Assembly: GCA_012295275.1 (NCBI GenBank)
Contig: CM022676.1
Span: 18,166,001 to 18,230,000, forward strand
From: Chrysomallon squamiferum
Taxonomy: Eukaryota > Animalia > Mollusca
Direction of reading: 5' to 3'
Length of the DNA stretch: 64,000 nt
The notes below the pieces were generated by a model, which was given only the letters and a program-made list of their open reading frames with translations, was not told the origin of the DNA and did no database searches. Made by a program: the position numbers and the translations under genes. Below are positions 1 through 13,635 of this stretch, piece by piece; position 1 is the stretch's first letter, and each line of letters begins with the position of its first letter.

Positions 1-559
1 TAGTTAGATACAGAAGTGTTTGAATTATGCTAAATTTTATTTTTTATATGTGATGTTTTCTTACCACTCCAAGTATAGAACAATTTACAGATGTTTGGTA
101 GCACCAACACAAAGACAAACGCAAAGACACAAACATAAACACAACATAGGCAGATATACATACACAAATACAGATATACACACAAAGGTACCCACACACA
201 TACGCGCAAACGTACAGACACACAAACACACAAAAGCACCCATATATCCACACACATGTACAAAAGCACATAGATTCACAGAAACACATACAAACACACA
301 TACACACAGACACAGATAGAAACACTCAGATGCAGTACACTAAGTTAGTCCAGTGTTTCATTTATCAAGTGTTTTGGTTACTTCTAATTCTCACACAGGT
401 TAAAATCAAAGTGTCTGAGCTGGACTCATCTTTCTAATCGAGTGATTTACTGCTAAGATAGGAACACGAGAAAAGAATGTACTCTGCAGAGTGTTCTGTT
501 GTAATTTAAAACAAGAAAGTACTTGGGGCAATCTGGAATCATAAGAGGAGAAATATTGA

Positions 560-1060
560 TGAATGAAAGAATGAATGTTTAACAACCCCTCACCATAATA
601 AAACAACATATGTATGAAAATAATAGTTTTTATCAATCAGTTAAAAAACAGAGTGAACAACTGTGAAAAATGCAGATATCTGTGCTATATATAAAAATTG
701 TGTAAATTAAAATTAAATAATATTTGGAATAAAACAGTAATTCTTTTTTAAAAATTATAAAACAAGTTCTGGATGGAACTGAAAAGATTCCATCACATTT
801 CTTCTTCTAAATGTATCTTTCCAAACAATGAATGAATGTTTAACGACATCCCAGCTTGCAGAAGCGTATCAGCTACTGGGCGTCAAACAAAGGTAAAAAT
901 GACAAGATGGTGATTACTTTATAAACAAAATTCAAAATTAATTAAAACAGTATAAATAGCTGTGCAATAATAAAACTATCACAGTCTATTTAATCTAACA
1001 TTTATCGTAAAATTCTGTAAATCTCAAAACTTCTTGAAAATTCCATCACATTTAATTTGA
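560..1060 (-). repeat. Two diverged ~265 bp copies of a retroposon 3' end with (ATTC)n tail
   Basis: gaatgaatgtttaac(a/g)ac at ~572 and ~830, each followed ~210 bp later by ttccatcacattt. A related plus-strand piece (cccaatagctg...aaacattcatt) lies at ~55245. Confidence 0.5.
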
Positions 1061-2566
1061 CCAAATATATCCATCCGGATCTGCCTAAGATGATCGTATT
1101 CCACTAAAATGTGGCGAATTTTCAGAATAACTGACAGTGCTCACATTGAGGTGAACGATCTTTCTGCAGGATAAGTGAATGGGTCAACCAAGTGTGACCA
1201 ATGCGAACACGACACAAGATTGACTCATGCTTCATGCACTGCCTGTAGGAGGACTGCCACCATCATAGACTGCGTTGACAGAATAAAGTTTGTGACTGAA
1301 CAGTTCCAGTCATCTTGTCAAATCAAATATATATATATATATACACACTGGAGAAATTGATCTTTGGGTATCTGCGAAGAAACAAGATTTTTATTGGCAT
1401 TATACTTTAATACTTTCATATCACCATTGCAATCAAGAGATGCTCCAAATGCTTGTTCTGTAAAACATGAATACGTGAAAATAATCTATTTGAAATGTTT
1501 AGTTTCTTCCGGGGCTTTAAGAGTTGCCCTGCTCACTTTAGATGAAACTTTCTTGTAATGACGCCCTGCTCACTTTAGATCAAACTTTCTGTTAATGACG
1601 CCCTGCTCACTGTATGTGACAGCTGCTGAAGAAAAACAAAAAAGCGTAAAGTATCATTCATCTTTATCCGCATTGTTGAAAGTTTCAATTACCTTGCTAT
1701 TGATAGTCAAAGAGCAGGACATGAGAAATAAACCGCGCCAAATGAAAATAGTGTCGTCTGCTCATTCTAATTTGATCGTCTGCTGACAATGCTTGCAACT
1801 ATCGTGTATTGGGCAGAGCTAATTCATTTGCTGTGTTTTCGTTCACAACCGGATGTGGGTATCTGCCCCTCCTATGATTAGTGCTGACCTGCTCCCGGGT
1901 TCGTTTTTGTTGATTTTTTTCGCTCATCAAAAGGAGGCAGTGGTTTGTAAATAAAACGACAACATTAAACAGCCATTAACAGTCGTTAAGCTAGCTTCTA
2001 TCTTCACTAAACTGGGATAAAAAACAAAACCATATACTTGGTTACGTTTATTAAAAATATCAGATGATATCGAACATTCCTTAGTTAAAAGAAGAAAAGG
2101 AAAACAAACGAAGAAGAAGAAAATAAAAAGTCTAGAGAAGATCGAAATGGATTTATTCTAGAACAGCAACAACGAAAACAGTTACAAGTGTCGTAGAGAC
2201 AAATTGCCAACACAGACACTAAGCTTGCACCTTTACTGTGTCTTCATTACTGCAGACTGCCTTCATTTTGTAACAACCACTACAACAGCGGCTGCTAATA
2301 TTTCTACGCTACTACTTCTGCTGTTGGAGTTAGCTGTTACAACTACATAACGGTTATTCCTATATCTCTTCTAGATCTGTCAGTTCGACTTTGTTTTATA
2401 TTTAAAAGAAAAACACAAATTATATGGACAAAGATTTCTTCTCTTTATAGTCAGGATTTGTTGAAGAACACGAGGTAAACATGGAAGTTATTATTTAGAT
2501 CTGAGATACTTCTGACTTTTCAAGTAATAAATCCTCAAGCACACAGATATACATATAGAGAGACAC

Positions 2567-2647
<81 letters not shown>

Positions 2648-2854
2648 CATAGATAAATACATACATAGATAAAACCCACTCACAAACAAACACACTCGTA
2701 TACAGAAATTAGCAGACGACACATACTTGCCATTGCCAGGTTTTGAGAAAAAAATTAGATGCACACGAAAATTTCGAAAACAAAAAACAATGTCCTTCCT
2801 GGGAAGCGATGATTACCCTCGGTTACTGAGCAACCTTTTCAAGCTTGGCTTCAT

Positions 2855-3020
2855 GGCCCAACGATAGCGTTGTCTCCCTTCGGAGTGCGGGCGAACGAGA
2901 GCCATACGTTCGAGTCTCGTCAGCGGCATCTGACGAGATTGCTAAAATAATGATTGGACTTTGTCCACCTGTGATAGCGCCTTCCTGAATATTGTCTACA
3001 GGCTAATTAGACGTACATAA
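2855..3020 (+). mobile_element. tRNA-like SINE head
   Basis: GC-rich 75 bp with B box GTTCGAGTC at ~2908. No clean cloverleaf. Confidence 0.4.
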
Positions 3021-3377
3021 GAATAGTCAGTGCTAAATTACACATATAAAAACACAAGCACTGACACAAAGAAACATGCATACAATTACGATGCTACATA
3101 TGAAAGTGGATTTGTAAACTCCAGATCTCCGCCTTGTTTTTAACAGTATCCACCTGAGTTTATTATTAGGTTTTTTTTAAACCAACCTTTCATAAGTATA
3201 AAGTACAAGAGCATTATGGCATATTGGTGTATATTATATACAGTTTATTCTTCTCCATCAGTTTATTAACATAGAACATCGCCTTACAGAGTAATTACTT
3301 TTAGTAAATCAGGATCATAATGATAATAATATCGACAATAACTACAAAAATAAAAGAACAACGACAACAACAAAAAC

Positions 3378-3467
<90 letters not shown>

Positions 3468-3470
3468 TAT
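3378..3470. repeat. (AAT)n microsatellite; many more AAT/ATT, AT and CA tracts through the window (e.g. 2579-2642, 6937-6996, 13565-13632, 48883-49415)
   Basis: Directly visible. Confidence 0.99.
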
Positions 3471-3699
3471 TATAATAATAATATTATTATAATAATTATG
3501 TTGTTTAATTATCATTGTTCATAGTAAATGTTGAGTAACAAATACATCGTGTTTAACTATTTTCATAGAGCAGACAAGAAAAGTGTTTACTGATACAGTG
3601 GGAGATAATTCCTTTACCACTTGCATGAAGAGAAAGCTTGAATTATTTCCCTTTAGTGTTTCGAATTTATTCTTAATTAATTGTAGATTTTGATGAAAA

Positions 3700-4330
3700 A
3701 CTGAAACAAAAAGTTATATAATATCGTGGTATTAAAAACAGAAAAGAAAGAAAATTTAAAAAAATCAATGTTTAAATATGGAGTCTCAATTTAAAGATGG
3801 ATATTGACCATTTATAATAAACATGAATCGTGTTTATACATAAAAGGTAAGATTACTAAACACTTCAAATGTACAGAGGTTGTAGACAAGGGGGTCTATT
3901 ACTTCACGGTGTTTTCATTTTATGTTTTGAGATTCTTGTAATCTTAGTAAGAAATATCAAATATATACACGGGATTGAGATTAACGGTAATGAATTTAAA
4001 ATGTCAAAATTTGCCAGGAACACAACATTGTTAGGTTCGTGTGATAAAACTCTATAAGAATATGTAGAGACATTAAAATATTTTACCGATATATAATATA
4101 TATTCTTACAGTTAATAAATATGAAACAGTTATAATAAAATTAGGCAAAGACAAAATGATCACAGAAAAAATATGTTCAAACCATACATTAAAATGTGCT
4201 ACACAATTTACAATACTTGCGATGTGGTTTTCTACGGATCAAGCACAACAACTAAGCTTTAACGCAAAGTTCATTAACGTTCAAACGTTGCTTCAATCGT
4301 TGTTTCTTACGTTTAGAACATAAAAACATG
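3700..4330 (+). mobile_element. Decayed non-LTR retrotransposon reverse transcriptase fragment (L1/Tx1-like)
   Basis: ORF 3869-4057 RGCRQG..L...FILCFEIL...IHGIEING.EFKMSKFARNTTL matches the RT motifs RGxRQGxPLS...yADDTTL with the catalytic residues lost. Confidence 0.75.
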
Positions 4331-4799
4331 GTTGTAAATCTTCTCAAACAGCTGACAGCACTACCTGCAGTGTAATGTTTTTTATTTTTCTTATTGTTAA
4401 TTAGAATTCTTTTTCTGTGATTTTATAAAACCTAAACCATCTTCTCATTCAATAAGTGTTTATCCTGAGAAAAGCTGAAATTATAGAAAAAGTTTAAGCT
4501 TGAAATGAATTTAAAAAAAAATAGATTTTTATTTATTTATTTAGTTTATTTTATATCAGATCCAAAAAAGTCAATGCCTCTACTTCAATCTTCAGTTCTG
4601 ATAACATTACAACATGAAACACTAAACAATAACTTAAGACAGCTCAAAAGAAAGAAAAAATGTTTCATTCAGTCAACTACACAGATCTTCTCCATGTGCT
4701 CTGGAGTTGTCCATGATACAAACAAGTGAGTAGTCAACCTTCATCTTGTATGTTCCTGCAGTTTTTTACTCTATATACCCACTGAAAAAAGAAACCAAG

Positions 4800-4960
4800 A
4801 CATGCATTACCAGAAACACCAGGAAACCTGGTAGACCAGGAACACAATCATTACCATGAAGTCCTTGAACACCAGGTGCCACAGGATCTCCATGGATACC
4901 AAGTTCTCCAGTGTAACCAGTTTCACCTTTTCTACAGTCACAACGTGTACCAGAGAGAAA
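4800..4960 (-). pseudogene. Orphan collagen-like Gly-X-Y fragment
   Basis: KGETGYTGELGIHGDPVAPGVQGLHGNDCVPGLPGF, with several Gly replaced and a frameshift at the end. Confidence 0.65.
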
Positions 4961-6327
4961 CACAATTTTATTATTCAGGTATTAACTGAGTGTTTTTATA
5001 ATAGTTTTTATTAATCAATTACTTGTACAAGACATGCTGTTTGTCTAGCTTAAGCGATGTTAAAGTAAAGTTTTTCTTCTTTTTACTTTTTTCTAATCTT
5101 GATACACAAAAATCTTGATAATATATAACCCAATAACTGATCCTCATACCCATATTCTATTCATATATATATAGTTCTTTCTGTGATGCTAGATTTCAAC
5201 TCTCGACATACAAATGCAAATGGTATATAACCAAACAACTGATTCTTACATTCTGTTCATACACACACTTCTTTCCTATATTTTTGTTTACTTTCAAAAC
5301 AATGCTTCATGACAAGTACAAATAAAGCCTATATCATTGTAATTATTACAAACATTTTAAAAACAAATGTTGTTTAGATTTATCCTGAAAACAGAACATG
5401 AAATATGATTTATAAGCTGAAAGTATGTAAATAAAAATGGTGTTAAATAGATTTTTGTTTTAGTCTTACCAAGTAACACATCATCAGACAGTGATAAAGA
5501 TTAGAAATCTTAATGAATTTAAAATTGTATGATCTTAGCATTATGAAGAAACATTAAACAGCTGTCACAAAATATTAAAAGTTATCAGAGGTAATTAGTG
5601 AAATGTTCTGACTGAAATATTTAAACAGTATTTAAAGAACAATTTATATGTGAAACAGATTTCTTAAAATGTTATAAGACAAGAGCCACTATAAATAAAT
5701 GGCAAATGTTTATTTCATATAAAAGGTTTTCTCGTAGCTGTATCAGTTGGATAACGGCTTACCTTAATCTGACAAATTGGTTTATATAATTGAAATAATA
5801 GCAGCGAACAATTCAAGACGCTGTGAAATCCACGAACGATAACTCCACCGAACACTTTATCGCACGTCATTTCTTTCAAACAAAAAGTTCCCAGGAACAG
5901 TAACAGTTTAAACGTCTTAGATATAAAAGATATTCTTTTTTTTTATATAAAATAAAACAAATACTTTGTTATAGAGTTATGTCCCATGATAACTTGTTCC
6001 GTTAACCAACCGATAAATCTTTTACCAAGAAACCAATCGTACATCCTCGCTTATTTTCGTGAAGACAAAGAAATAAATAATATTTAAAAAAAAAATATGT
6101 ATTCTTGATTAACAAAATAGTTTATGTGTGTGTGTATATATATATGTATATGCACAGGTGTGCGTGTATGTGTCTGCCACTATAGAGTATTATCTATATT
6201 TAGAAATACAGAAAGCGTGTATTTCTCTGCTTAATAATAGAATAAAATAAATAAATCTATATATCTATTACACACTCACACACACACACGTACATTAGAT
6301 CATTACTACTACTACTACTACTACTAC

Positions 6328-6360
<33 letters not shown>

Positions 6361-6935
6361 CAACAGCAACAACAACAACAACAATAATAAATAAATAAAA
6401 CAGAAAAAAAGAACTATAAACTGAAACAAACTGTTGGTCTCTGTTATCCAGCCTAAGGAAAACCAAAACAGAAAAAAAAAAAAAAAAAATAAAAAATAAA
6501 AAAGAGAGAAAGCGGAAGATAGAAAGAAAAAAGAAAAAAAGTAGAAAAGATTAAAAGAAAGAAATAAAAATTATCGATCTTAATTATGACTTCGTAATTA
6601 TGAGATTTATAACTAGTTGTAATTTCCTTTCACAGGTCTTATTAATAGGTGCTTCTAACAAAACAAAATAAAATGTATTGATTATTTCTGTTTAATCTGT
6701 TTACAACTGGCACGTGCAGAATTGTTCTAATTAATGTGATATTAGTATACCTGTAGAGATCTTAATAATTGGTTCATGATAATACTAGTTGAAATTATTA
6801 AGTAGTAAGTACACGAAAAAAATATACTACTACTATTAATAGTAGCGGTGGTAGTATTAGTAATAATAAGTATTTAAAGTAATGCTATATAATTATTGTT
6901 ATTCTTCCTTTCTTCTATTTTTACCCTTTTTAAAC

Positions 6936-6999
<64 letters not shown>

Positions 7000-7739
7000 T
7001 AATTAATTAATTAATTAATTAATTTATTAATTTATTTATTTATTTATGTATTTATTTATTGCCAGTAAAGTAAATTTAATACAGTGACATCTGACTAGTT
7101 ACCGACATAAATTCATAAACTAAGTTGTACTGGGAATTATGGGAAGGTGATATTAAAGAATCAGGTAACATCTGAGACCACTTATTGCTGAGTTATGTAA
7201 CTGAAAAGATCAATTCAGGGACAGTATAACAGTGACTCTCCTGCTCGTTACGATTCGATATGCTGGACGGGTCTCTTGCGTCCTGCAATCGTAACGAAAA
7301 TCCCTTTCTCTTTCCTTCCCCAAAACTGTTTTCTGCGACAGACACGCCAGCTGGTCAGTCAGAAAGCGTGCTTCACAACACCTTGCTCTGATTAGCACGT
7401 TAATTATTTTTTCCCAGATGGGAAAACCCATTCTACATCAGCTGTTTATAAACAAGAAGTGTGATTCTTAGGTACTGAACACCGCTGAATGTTACGCTGT
7501 TATCAGAACAGTTCACTGATGACTTCTGTTTCCAGTAAGTTCTTCTTCTTTTTTACATATATTTATTTATTTATTATCATTGAAAATATCTTATTTCAAC
7601 TTTTAAGTGTCTTTTATACCTCTCATTTCCCAAAGACAATACAGTCTCAGTTTGTTTTCTATTTGTGCACCACAACCAACTCAACTAACAGACGTGGAAA
7701 ACAAAGAAAATGAATATTTCAAAATGTATTATACAAAGT

Positions 7740-7743
<4 letters not shown>

Positions 7744-7834
<91 letters not shown>
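7744..7834. repeat. (CT)n microsatellite; similar tracts at ~30924, ~35914, ~41377, ~43618 and (GA)n at ~61293
   Basis: Directly visible. Confidence 0.99.
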
Positions 7835-7838
<4 letters not shown>

Positions 7839-8765
7839 TATTTTAACAATTCTATTATAATGTAAAGTAGTTTATTTCAAAAAAAGTTGTGATATTTAAA
7901 ATGTATTTGTACATATTCCAAAGTAATCAAATAAAGCTCAAATAAAATATTTATATGATTAAAATGAAATTATTCTGTCATTTAAAAATATTCGTATTGT
8001 TTCTTGATGTTCACCTATTTATATGTTTGTATGTTTGTAAAATATAATTAATGTGTATAATATCAGTGTAGTACAAAGTAGTTCTCTTATAACTTTATCA
8101 TTAACAGCTAACACGAATTATTGTTTTCTTAGGGGGATCCAGATGTACTGCACTATTATACGTCATTTTCTTATTTTTATTCTGCCTCATATACTTTATA
8201 AAACTCTCTTCAGACATGGAGTTAAATTTCAAAGATTTCAAAATCAAAACATGAAACAAACGGAAGTCAACAATGAAAAGATCACACACAAAAACACACA
8301 CACAGGCACACACACAATACAAAAAAATAATTCGTAGAAACAACCGCACGAATGAAAATTTTGAAAGTAAATAAGTTTTTATTTTTAAATTTATTATGTA
8401 ATTAAGCAAGTCTAAACGTGCCATTAATAATAAATATTTTTATAAAAAACAAAAACAACTACTGCTACTACTACTAATAATAATTGTAATAATAATAATA
8501 ATTATTATTATTATTAACATAAATAAATAAACTAATTACTTTACAACATATGTTATAACTCCTTTATTTGCAACGAAACATTCACTAAGAATAATAAATA
8601 AATAAATTAATTTAATTTAATAACCAAAAGTAAACAAATTAACTAAAGTTATTACTTTACAATAAATAACTGAATTCTGTTTATTTATCAGTTCGTGTAA
8701 AGAAAAGAAATGTCTGTCAACTTCAAACAGTTAAAGTGAAGCAAACTTAGGAGACAGTTTGAAGT

Positions 8766-10897
8766 TTACTTTCTACACCATGTAAATATTTTTATTTCTC
8801 CAGTGAATCGCTGTCCCACGTACAGTTTGTTGTCATCACAACAGACAGACCGAGGTTTGGACAGTCCATCCTGGTCAGTGAGGATGTCACGTGTAATGTT
8901 ACCATCTCGTGACAACTGAACAACACAATTTCTATGAAAATGACAAACAAAAATATTTCCCTCCGTATCACATGTAACACCTGTCAATCCACTCAGTCTG
9001 GCTGAATCACGTGACTCCCATTTGACGTCACCAGATGACGTCACACAAAATACTTTGTTTTCAGTTTTCCTCTTTGAAACAACAATCAGACATTGATCGT
9101 GAACTGTGAGACTGTACGGTCCGGGGATCAAGTCTGTTGAAATAGAATTAATGAGCTGACCAGTGTCCGTCAGTATGTCCAAGTACCGACCAATATATCC
9201 CCCAGTGAGTGCGAGACGGTTGCCAGGTAACACAGCAATAAACTCATATTTTTTATTAGTTTCAACTGTCTTGATCAGTTCGAAGTTTTTCAAATTTAAA
9301 AACAATATTTTATATTCATCTGGTAGAGCAACAACAACAACATCACCCCACTGATCACGTGATTCAGCAAGACCCCATGGTGGACAGGAAGTTTCGTATC
9401 TGTTTATCAGTGATTTTCGTTCTAAACAAAAACATTTTACACAGTCATTGTCCAAATCACTAACAACAATTTTATTTTTTGTCCTCACCTGACACCAGAA
9501 TGGAATACAGACACGGATCATTTTTATCTTCTTGAGTTTTTGCGTTAATGGTGTCTGTGTGTTTCAGGGTGTTTGTCAGTTTGTTTATCTGTGTGTCTGT
9601 GTGTGGTGTTTCTGTTTCAATGGTGTCTGTGTGTTTGAGTGTGTCTGTCACTATGTCTATATTTGTGTCTGTTTGGATGTTTGTCGTTATTTCTCCGATG
9701 TGCACAGACATATTTTTTCTTATCAGATTTTATGACATTTATTTTTATTTCTGCTTTTCCTATTTGTGAAAGAGATTTGGACAGGAACTCGAAAGTTGTG
9801 TTTTGAAGTTTGGTGAATTTTGAAATATTTATTTTTATATCTGACTCAGATTTTCTTTGTAACAAATCTCGACCTAGTTTGATCATTTTGTCATTTTCCT
9901 CAATCAGATATTTATGTTCAGTAAAGATTTTATCTATTTCTGAGTTTACAAAGTTCTGAGATGTTTCTATTTCTCCTATTAACCTCTCTTGTTCTTTTTG
10001 GACTGCAGCGGTAAAGTCTGTGATTAGTGTGTTACCAATCCTTCTCACATCTTCTGTAGACTCCATGACGTTGATGTTGACGGCTTCGCGAAGTTCTTTA
10101 ATCTGATCATCCATCTCTGTCTGAAGAATTTCTTTGTAGGATTTGAGACTCTCACAAACAGAACTCAGAATTGAAAAGTGACTCTCTTTTTAGCTGAAAT
10201 AAATAAATAAATAAACAAATAAATAAATAAACAATTAATATATTTTTATAATAATAATAATAATACTAATAATGTAACAATAAAAATAAATAAATAAAAT
10301 AAACAGTTAATATAATAATAATAATAATAATAATAATAAGGAGAAGAAGAAGAAGAAGAATTCAAATTGTACTAATAATTATGATAAAGATATGGGTAAC
10401 AATATGAAGAATTTTAGAATATATTTTATCAACTAATTTAAGAATCTGATTATAAATCTTTTTTATGAACAAAATAACGTTCCTTTCTTTATGAGCCTGC
10501 TGCTATGGTTCAAGCAACAGGAAAAAATATATTTTAGTTAAATGATCACTGTCTCTTTGTTTAATTGCTTGTTATTATTGTAATGAATCTGAACACAACA
10601 CTGTGACTCACAAAACTTTGAGCGTAGCCGATCATTAATGGCGTCCTGTAGTGACTTGTTTATAGGGAATTGATCTGCCCACGTATACACTGGTTTCGTG
10701 CTGTCCGGGATGTGAACATGCTGCCTGCAGAACGGGCAGGCGATTTGTGTGTCGTTGTTGTCGTAAGTGTGACTTATATAGTTCTGCAGGCATTTGGAGC
10801 AAAACGAATGTCCACAGTTTAAAACTCGAGGCTTATCGAAAATGTCCATACATAGACAGCACGAAAGATTATCATCGGAGATTGAAGGTGTTGCCAT
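8766..10897 (-). CDS. TRIM-like RING E3 ligase gene (RING - coiled coil - Thr/His/Asp linker - NHL/beta-propeller). Coding exon 1 10897-10612, exon 2 10193-8766. Frame broken at three A homopolymers (pseudogene or assembly error)
   Basis: C3HC4 RING (CCLC...CGHSFCSKC...CPFC) after ATG at 10897, which is preceded by an acceptor ttcacag. GTGAGT donor at 10611 and tttcag acceptor at 10194. Heptad-rich ORF 9617-10114. NHL-like repeats (IVVSD, GNIFVC, KLYVG) in ORF 8766-9521. The reading [18 protein letters not shown] is continuous in the paralogue at 62-63 kb. No B-box seen. Confidence 0.8.
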
Positions 10898-10902
10898 ATC
10901 TG

Positions 10903-10904
<2 letters not shown>

Positions 10905-10957
<53 letters not shown>

Positions 10958-13563
10958 TTTAGAGAAAATCAAGAACAGCAATTGAAAACAATTGACTGCA
11001 GTAAAAAAGTACACATTAATTCCATTTAGTTCGTAACACAACTGTATATACAAATAAGTAAATGAAATGATATATATACGAACTTGCAAACATAGCACTA
11101 TCATATTATAAATATTCTCTGCAAACTGTTTATTTGTTTATTTATCTATTTTGTTTTATTTATAAAATAAAATAAAAATAAACTCTCTTTAACTGCATTA
11201 CGAACTTGCTAAATTTAACCTTGTGACGTGACGCTTTATTTGAGAAGGAAAACGACAGTTCTACTGTAAACTGGTGGGAGATAGAACTAATAGAGTAACT
11301 GAAGTCAGCTGTAATAAACTCTATGACTGCTGCAAGGTTATTTCTCAAACCACTATTCATGATTCAACTCATAAGTGAACAAAAAAGAAACATGACCTTC
11401 AGCGAAGTAATGAATTTACTAATGATAATTATAAATTCACGTTTCAAAAATCTCATAATCAACAAATGAAATTGCAACTGAATGAGAAATTAACACATTT
11501 GTAATCTGCTGTTAAACGGCTTCATTTATTATGTTTAAGGACTTACATTTAATAGAAGAAAAGAAATTGTGTCTAGTAATTTGACAGATAGTCTCTTTTT
11601 GATAATTACAACCACGTACGGCCTGTGATAAAGTAATCGTGGAACTGACTTTGACAAGGATAACTGCGACAACCCATCGCCAGACACTACTTTCCTCTGA
11701 CCACTGAGCCACACCCTCCACTCTAACAATTATTAAAACACACACAAATTATATACAGACATTTTACTAAGAACACAACCTAAATTACTAAATTTTATTT
11801 TGAAATATCTTACAGCAACAACAAAACAACAACAACAACAAATAATAATAACAACAACAACAACAACAACAACAATAATAATAATAATAATAATAAATAA
11901 AAAATAAATAAATAAATAAGTTTGTAAATAAATAAATATATAAATAATAAGTGTTCATACATTTGTCTTAAGAAACGAGAAATATAACAGATGCAAAAAT
12001 ATTTCCTCTTATTCGTCTGCAATGCCTGTTTTGCTATTACAGATTTGAGCGCGGAAAAGCGGGTTTTGACAGACGACACTAAGTGGGAGGAAGATACCAA
12101 CTGAAAAAAGGAAGGGGTTGAAGCTTTGAAATTTTCTACAACATTTTTGTTTGTTCTGAGAAAAAAATAATTTTGAATGTTTTATAGTTTTGTGGTAAAG
12201 TAAATAGCAGTAACAGTAACAACTACATTAGCATAGTAAGTGCAGTTCATTAATTTTTAAAGCTCTGTTTACAGTTTATCACACCTGTAGTATTAATGGA
12301 CACAACAAATGATTTGCAAAAGGACGGAGAAAGGTAATATATTTAACCGCCAAAATGTTATCTGCTTTAAATTTGAATATTGAACTGGCGGTATCAGGTC
12401 ATTTCGTTAGAGATATAAGTAAATTATAGGAATTGAAAACAGAAATATTTATAACGTGAAAGTATGATTTTAGTCAATAATAATATATATTCCTTTATTA
12501 TATATGTTTCATTTTATTCTATTTAAAATAAATAAACAAATAAATAAATAAATATATATGAGAACTGCGTCGATGAATAAAACCGTCACAATTTTGTTCT
12601 TCGTGTCATAAGTGAAGCGCGCTCTACAGGTTTGTTGTAGATCAGAGAAAGATAATGTTTTTAATGTCATCATTTTTAAACTTGTATAGTTACACAGGCG
12701 ATTGTCGATCCTTTTAACAAGATATATAAATAATGAAAAATAAGCAGGGCAAATACATAACTTGTGCTTTTAGTCACGTAGGCATAATAATAATAAAAAT
12801 AATGGTAATAATAATAGTAGTTCCCTGTGTATATTAGATGCCTTCGTTTCGTACTGTTAATATATATACATAAAAGATTTATTCAAGAGTACTATAAAGA
12901 ACACATTCCACTCAAGAGGATGATGAAGAGATGATCGGTTTTTTTAGATAAAGAAATAAAGTTCATTACAATTAAACAAATACAGCACAAAACCTACACC
13001 TACACTGTCACGTTTCTTCATATTTTATGGCAGTGTTAAACGAATTTCGCCATCTAACGTATTATGATATGAATTTAATCTTCTTTTTTTTCAAATCTAA
13101 TAATCGACAGTAAGTACAAATGTCAACATTTGTGAATGTAATTTATGAAATGATACTTTTCTCGCAATCTAACAAATGATAATATAAAAAAAAAAATATT
13201 TACTGACCGCTCAGTCTATTCAAACACTAACGTAAAAATAGTAAAATATACAGAGACCCTTTTCATCTATGAAAAAGAAACAAAGAAAGTAAGAAACATT
13301 TTTACATAGACGTGTGTGAATGTGTGTGTGTTGTGTGTGTGACTGTGTGTGAGAGAGAGCGACAGAGAGATCTCAGTGAGTAAAAGCTATTATTTATTCA
13401 TTCATTATTATTATTATTATTATTATTGTTGTTGTTGTTGTTGTTGTTGTTGTTATTATTATTATTATTATTATTATCTGAGTAATAAACTTTCTGGAAT
13501 CGGGTCTTTGTTAGGTATCATTAACCGCTACGAATAAAATACTCGACGCACACAAACACAACA

Positions 13564-13635
<72 letters not shown>

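Noticed and set aside
20-325. Overlapping 70-99 aa ORFs
   Set aside because: Artefacts of CA/TG low-complexity sequence.
2855-2930. tRNA gene
   Set aside because: Has a B box but no consistent cloverleaf; treated as a SINE head.
7125-7430. ZNF143-like (ctgggaattatggga) and NF-kB-like (gggaaaaccc) motifs
   Set aside because: Single short matches downstream of the TRIM-like gene with no linked transcript evidence; expected by chance.
9475-10193. Programmed ribosomal frameshifting in the TRIM-like gene
   Set aside because: The shifts go in both directions, no stimulatory structure is evident, and similar indels in the BTB gene point to sequence error.
10898-11104. N-terminal hydrophobic poly-Leu extension (apparent transmembrane segment) of the RING ORF
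   Set aside because: It is translated (TTA)n microsatellite upstream of a splice acceptor at 10900-10901, so it is intronic.
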